Below are positions 1 to 3,672 of a DNA stretch of 5,634 nucleotides, one piece after another (position 1 is the stretch's first letter; every line of letters starts with the position of its first letter). The stretch comes from Takakia lepidozioides (lineage: Eukaryota > Plantae > Bryophyta). A program made the position numbers and the translations under genes. Under the pieces are notes generated by a model. It made no database searches. It worked only from the letters and a program-made list of their open reading frames with translations, and was not told the DNA's origin. Where the stretch lies: assembly GCA_030704615.1 (NCBI GenBank), contig JAKLZA010000343.1:1-5634 (forward strand), given 5' to 3'.

Positions 1-525
1 CAAAACGAGTAGGCAAGAACTGTCTAGGACGACACTATCCACTGCTTTGCACAAACCCCTGCTTTTCTTTGTTTAAAAGCAACCGGGGGAGAAGAGAGGA
101 GACTAAATTCCGAAGCTGCAGCCTCCGCATAAAATGCAATTTAAATCTGCTTTCGGACTTGGGAAAAAATGCGGGTTTGCAAATAAGGGAGAACCGTGGC
201 GACCTTGGCTCCTGTACCCACAAATAAACAATTTAAGTCCAACATACATTCAGCTGGCCCAACTTGTGCAGGAAAGATGGAAATGGAAGGAATGGCGTCG
301 TCGTGTCAGTGATTGCCACAACTGAACTAGCCACTTATTCACATGAGAAATCGGAATCACATCCAGAGCATCGGGCTTTCCAGATCCGCTCCACAACAAT
401 GTTCTCAGTCTGGGTCGAATGCGATGAACCCCCAGACAGAGGTGCAATGACTTGAGAGTAGCTGCTCGTCCCCCCACCATCCCAAAAAATGCCTGCCTGC
501 ATACTTGCATGCATGGAAGAAGCCC

Positions 526-621
526 CTGCAACAGTGCAAATGGATCCACGAAACAAAGTAAGAAGCACAATCTGAAGGCAAAGAAGTGCACCCAAGAAAT
601 GGAATTTGATTGGGCACCAAC
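526..621 (-). other. Spliceosomal intron (96 nt, phase 1) splitting the SAM-binding glycine motif
   Basis: Minus strand reads ACAG|GTTGGT...T-rich...CTGTTGCAG|GG. Removal gives S-M-G-T-G-A-S, restoring a motif I-like GxG loop in frame. Confidence 0.75.
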
Positions 622-905
622 CTGTTCCCATGGACAGGTTTTCCCACATCCCACCATGCCAGCTGCATATCTCAATCAAAGTCTGCATGAAAGCGGGGAA
701 CTTCTCCCGAGCACCTCTCATGGAATGCCACCAATTTTTTTCAATGTCTGGGAGGAGTCACATAGTTGTGGATAACATCGGATTCCACAGGATTACATTC
801 CGGGTCTATGTGAAGCCCCCCTTCCCAAACGTCGAAATGGCCAACATGAGCAGGAGTGGTGTCTGACCGAATTCGAGCAAGACAAATGGCCTTGAACACA
901 TGTGT

Positions 906-985
906 CTGCAGCAACACCAATGTTAGAACGTTGTTAAGGAGGCAATTCCACGAAACAATAACACACCAAAAGCCCAGGTGAGTAC
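906..985 (-). other. Spliceosomal intron (80 nt) in the methyltransferase-like gene
   Basis: Minus strand reads AG|GTACTC...TTCTAAC (branch-like)...GTTGCTGCAG|ACA. It is T-rich and separates two protein-like blocks. Joining them needs one extra base just before the donor (agcagaag vs agcaagaag). Confidence 0.68.
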
Positions 986-1220
986 CTTCTGCTGGGAAAC
1001 TCTACCCTAGATAGTGGCAGGGTGTTGACACAGGTCCAAATTTTGCGGATTTTGAACCCCCGGACTTCATGTAGCTGTGAAGCATCCGGCGGGAATGCCA
1101 TGTCCCTCACCTTGGAAAATCAAAGTGACCCAGCGTCAGACAGAAACTTGTTGCTGAAAGAGAAGGCCCACTGGCAATAAAGTGGATTATGAGCATTCCA
1201 AGCTAGAGTCACATCTGTGG

Positions 1221-2033
1221 AAGATGAGCACCGCCTTCCGACCTACGGCCAAACAGAAAGAGTGAATTCCGTAGTGAAGCAGATGTTGCGGAATTACGTG
1301 TCGGCAGCCAATCAGACTGGGTGGAACACTTAGACGCGGTAGAGTTCTGTTATATAAACACAGAACACTCCGCAACGGGAGTTTCCTCCTTTTCGTATTG
1401 GTCTATGGAAAAGCACCTCTAGTGCTGACAAGTTGGGCCGCCCAGGACGTTGAGGACCGGCAGTAGCGGCGGTACTGGAAGAACGCGAGCGTTTGTTGAA
1501 GCTCGCAAATACAACATTGCCCAAAGCGAGGAAACGGTAAAAAGGCAAGCGAATCGGAAGCGGAGGGAAGTGAGTTTGAGGCAGGCACGGAGGTCCTGGT
1601 TGAACATCAAGAATTTCCGACTACCTCCGGAAGTGAGTCCCAAAATTTGTACCTCCGTATACGGGACCTTTCTCGCATCCTAAGGTTATGAACGAGAATG
1701 TGTATGAATTGGAGCTGCCGCGGCAAACAGCAGGTGCATCCAGTATTCCACGTCTCCCTTTTGAAGCCTTACTTCAAAGATGAAGCGCGTCCGAATCGGC
1801 ATCAATTGTTGCGTCCGCCACCTGTTGCTTTTGGATCATGAAAATGAACCTGAGTACGAGGTGGAGGCAGTACTTAAGTCGAGGAGTTTCAAGAACCGAG
1901 AAACGGAGTATCTCGTCAAATGGAAGGGCTATCATCATGTGGAGGCATCTTGGGTGCGTGCTCAGAAATGAGAAACGCATCCGAGGCGGTTGTAGTTTTT
2001 CGAAGGGCGACCTCAAAAGCGAAGAAGCGTTGA
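1221..2033 (+). mobile_element. Ty3/gypsy chromovirus pol 3' fragment: integrase core C-terminal half, GPY/F module and chromodomain (5'-truncated, frameshifted)
   Basis: Stitched translation: KMSTAFRP/GQTERVNSVVKQMLRNYVSA/DWVEHLDAVEFCY/NTEHSATG/SPFVLVYGKAPL...KRQANRKRREVS...NIKNFRLPPEVSP/KFVPPYTGPF/..NENVYELELP/VHPVFHVSLLKPY...EYEVEAVLKSR...YLVKWKGY..EASW/MRNASEAVVVFRRATSKAKKR, stop TGA 2031-2033. GQTERVN carries the E of the integrase DDE triad. Confidence 0.93.
1852..2000 (+). other. Integrase-fused chromodomain with all three aromatic-cage positions (group I type; Tcn1/Galadriel-like)
   Basis: EYEVEAVLKSRSFKNRETEYLVKWKGYHHVEASWV in ORF 1780..1971. Y of EYEVE, W of VKW and Y of KGY occupy the cage positions. 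Confidence 0.88.
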
Positions 2034-2055
2034 TGGGGACATCAACCTGGAGCGT

Positions 2056-2066
2056 GGGGGAGGAAA
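2056..2066 (+). other. Polypurine tract of chromovirus A
   Basis: GGGGGAGGAAA lies 22 nt after the pol stop codon and directly before TG at 2067-2068. Confidence 0.72.
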
Positions 2067-2507
2067 TGCATGCTTAGCCCGAGCCTTAGCTAGCTCAGGA
2101 ATCCGATTGCAAAAACTTGTATTGTAACAAAAATTTGTTATAAAGGAAATGGGTTTCCAAATGGTTGTGTGTCCTATTTTGTTTGGAATGGTGATGCGCT
2201 ACCAAGGTGGTTGCCTTGTAGTGCGGGCTAACACGGAAGCTATGTGCTTCCGTTCACGTACTATAATCGTATAGCCTCGGGACGAAGTCGTAGTGCGGCT
2301 TCGACGTGTTCCCGTACCTCAGGCCAGCATTCCAAGACGGACCTAATTGGTAGTGATTGGGGCGCACGGTTGGTTCAGGTTATCTTCCTAGTCAAAGGGG
2401 TTTGAGGTGAACCCTTGTGCAAAGTGATGCCAAAAGCGGCATCAGGAGCGATCGCAAGCAATGTTGTTGCAGTAAGGCGATTCGATCCTCGGGGAGGATC
2501 GTTCCTT
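2067..2507 (+). repeat. Probable start of the 3' LTR of chromovirus A; right boundary not identifiable
   Basis: Begins with TG immediately after the PPT, non-coding, dense in short inverted repeats. No partner LTR or matching CA terminus in the window, so the end coordinate is approximate. Confidence 0.45.
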
Positions 2508-2599
2508 GACCTTGAAGAGGCCAAGAAGAGTGCACTGGGAGGAGCTTGAGAGGCTCCACCCCTGGCCGGGACTTGGAGGAAGTGGCCGAACTAGCTAGT

Positions 2600-2753
2600 G
2601 GAGAGAGTTAGTCAAGTGTGGGTTTGGTTCTTTGCCATGGGACGCCATGGTACGGAAACAAACTCCTTGAATGTGGGCCACAAACTTGGATGTTCGTTTT
2701 CTACAAAATGGACAAGTCGATGAGGACATCGACTCCCTGTTGGTAGGGGTGTG
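2600..2753 (+). mobile_element. Degraded 3' internal end of a second chromovirus-like element (B): possible chromodomain remnant, hairpin and G-rich PPT-like tract
   Basis: ttagtcaagtg...ccatgggacgcca-tgg can be read as LVK(W)...PWDA.W with indels (weak). It is followed by the hairpin GTCGATG-AGGA-CATCGAC (2716-2733) and GGTAGGGGTGTG directly before TGTCGC at 2754. Confidence 0.4.
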
Positions 2754-3471
2754 TGTCGCGGCCCTTTGCCTTGAGGGCAGGGGGTCGGGACACATGAGGG
2801 GCTGCCCCTGTGGTGGGGCAGCGGCAGCGCAGCGATAGGTAGGGGGGCTGAAAGCACCCTTGAGAGTGCTTGGGCACTCAAGGAGGCGGAGCGCTCACTA
2901 GGTGGAGCCCCGCACACCGGGTTGCGGTGGGGGTGGCTCCAAGGGGTGGTGTTAGCTTAGCGGGACTTAGTGGGGGTGGCATAGGACTCACCATGGGGGC
3001 GGAGACCTCGTGGTGGGAGTCGTGGGGAGTCTTGGGACTCATCACGGTCCATAGGGGCTGTGGTGAGTGGGCCAAGACTCACCGCGACTCATCACCGGGA
3101 GTCGGGGTTTCGTGGTGGTTCGCCATAAATGGCATGGCTGTTGTGAACCCCCGTGGATAGCTACAGAAGTATATATAGGGAGTAGTAACTCCGAGAACGG
3201 TGCAAGCCCGTTGGTGACCAAAAACTAGTGAGTAAGCGAGCGAGCCGGAAAGCGACCAAGAGTGGGGGCTGTTCCGGACTACCAACTACCAAAGGGAATT
3301 CCCCTGGTTCCAAATCGGTGAGGGTTCTTTGGGAGTTCAAGGGGGACCGTTATGCCCCGGTGAGCAGCCGAAGCTCCAAGTTGGTCCGGCGGCCAGGTTG
3401 GGAGTTAGGCGAGCGCATCAAGCTAGCAACTATGACTTGAAGGGGAGCTTACCGAAGTGAGGCGTGCGACA
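2754..3471 (+). repeat. LTR of element B (718 bp), TG...CA with 6-bp inverted termini
   Basis: Starts TGTCGC (2754-2759) and ends GCGACA (3466-3471), a perfect inverted pair. Preceded by a PPT-like tract, contains TATATATA at 3170-3177, and its 5' part is G-rich. Confidence 0.65.
3170..3177 (+). promoter_or_regulatory. Candidate TATA box of LTR B
   Basis: TATATATA followed by GGG, an isolated AT run in a GC-rich LTR, about 300 nt before the LTR 3' end. Confidence 0.55.
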
Positions 3472-3586
3472 TTGTCGCTCGGACAACCGCACTCGCTGCA
3501 TTCCTTCCCCAGCGTTTGCATCCCCCTTCTCTACCAGGGAGCTTGCCCGCACGCCATCCTGGGAGTCTTGTGTGCACATCTCCCAT
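3472..3586 (-). pseudogene. Possible N-terminal stub of a minus-strand gene cut by LTR B (candidate start of the methyltransferase-bearing gene)
   Basis: Minus-strand ATG at 3586 in the strong context CCGCCATGG. It reads MGDV/..QDSQDGVRASSLVEKGDANAGEGMQRVRLSERQ without a stop up to the LTR edge. Same strand as the methyltransferase fragment. No recognisable domain. Confidence 0.25.
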
Positions 3587-3672
3587 GGCGGAAAACCCGA
3601 GCGCTACAGTGTAACTGCCCTCCTCACGAGCATAGAGCTTCATTTCCGTGCAGAGGGGACATCTGCCGGGTG

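Larger units (their letters stand above)
335..1217 (-). pseudogene. Three-exon C-terminal fragment of a beta-class N6-adenine/N4-cytosine DNA methyltransferase-like gene (N6_N4_Mtase-type fold); 5'-truncated and frameshifted as written
   Basis: Manual minus-strand translation across 1-nt indels. Exon ~1217-986: TDVTLAWNAHNPLYCQWAFSFSNKFLSDAGSL/IFQGEGHG/RMLHSYMKSG/FKIRKIWTCVNTLPLSRVEFPS. Exon 905-622: THVFKAICLARIRSD...VESDVIHNYVTP/DIEKNWWHSMRGAREKFPAFMQTLIEICSWHGGMWENLSMGT. Exon 525-~335: GAS/HACKYAGRHFLGWWGDEQL/SQVIAPL. The run EKFPAFMQTLIEICS..GG....LSMGTG...HACKYAGRHFLG..GDEQL parallels the beta-class pattern (Q)KP..L...LI..SS..GD.VLDPF.GSG....A....GR.FIG.E.D (motifs X-I-II). FLSDAGSL.IF and FKIRKIW parallel the L...GS..IF and GF.....IIW segments that follow motif IV. 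Motif IV itself is absent (truncated). Confidence 0.72.

Noticed and set aside
1-250. Left terminal inverted repeat or TSD of the MULE-like element
   Set aside because: The other end is outside the window, so no inverted match or TSD can be tested.
620-660. MWENLSM (minus strand) as the gypsy integrase W..ISMDF motif
   Set aside because: No DF follows and no zinc finger precedes. The flanking residues fit methyltransferase motifs X-I much better.
2067-2733. Group I or group II intron, tRNA or rRNA explaining the hairpins
   Set aside because: No recognisable P7/R-S core, no domain V with a catalytic triad, no cloverleaf or rRNA signature.
2985-3104. GANTC cluster as the target of the neighbouring methyltransferase (CcrM/HinfI-like)
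   Set aside because: The cluster belongs to the retroelement LTR and nothing in the sequence indicates the enzyme's specificity.
3036-3115. Hammerhead ribozyme on the minus strand (CGAAAC...GTGATGAGTC)
   Set aside because: The core reads GUGAUGA rather than CUGANGA, and there is no stem III with a properly placed UH cleavage triplet.
2595-3440. ORF-track ORFs in the LTR region (e.g. 2612..2917, 2870..3160) and antisense ORFs over the transposase and methyltransferase as genes
   Set aside because: They are low-complexity products of GC-rich LTR DNA or shadows of the real frames, with no recognisable motifs.
3466-3478. GCGACA-T-TGTCGC palindrome as the start of another tandem LTR
   Set aside because: Sequence after the second TGTCGC does not match the LTR start at 2754-2780. 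A 6-bp match can be chance.
3585-3660. Transposase start at plus-strand ATG 3585 (MAENPSATV) spliced via GTAACT...TGCAG (3611-3653) into the long frame
   Set aside because: It would be in frame, but a 43-nt intron is much shorter than the 80-96 nt introns in this window and has no other support.
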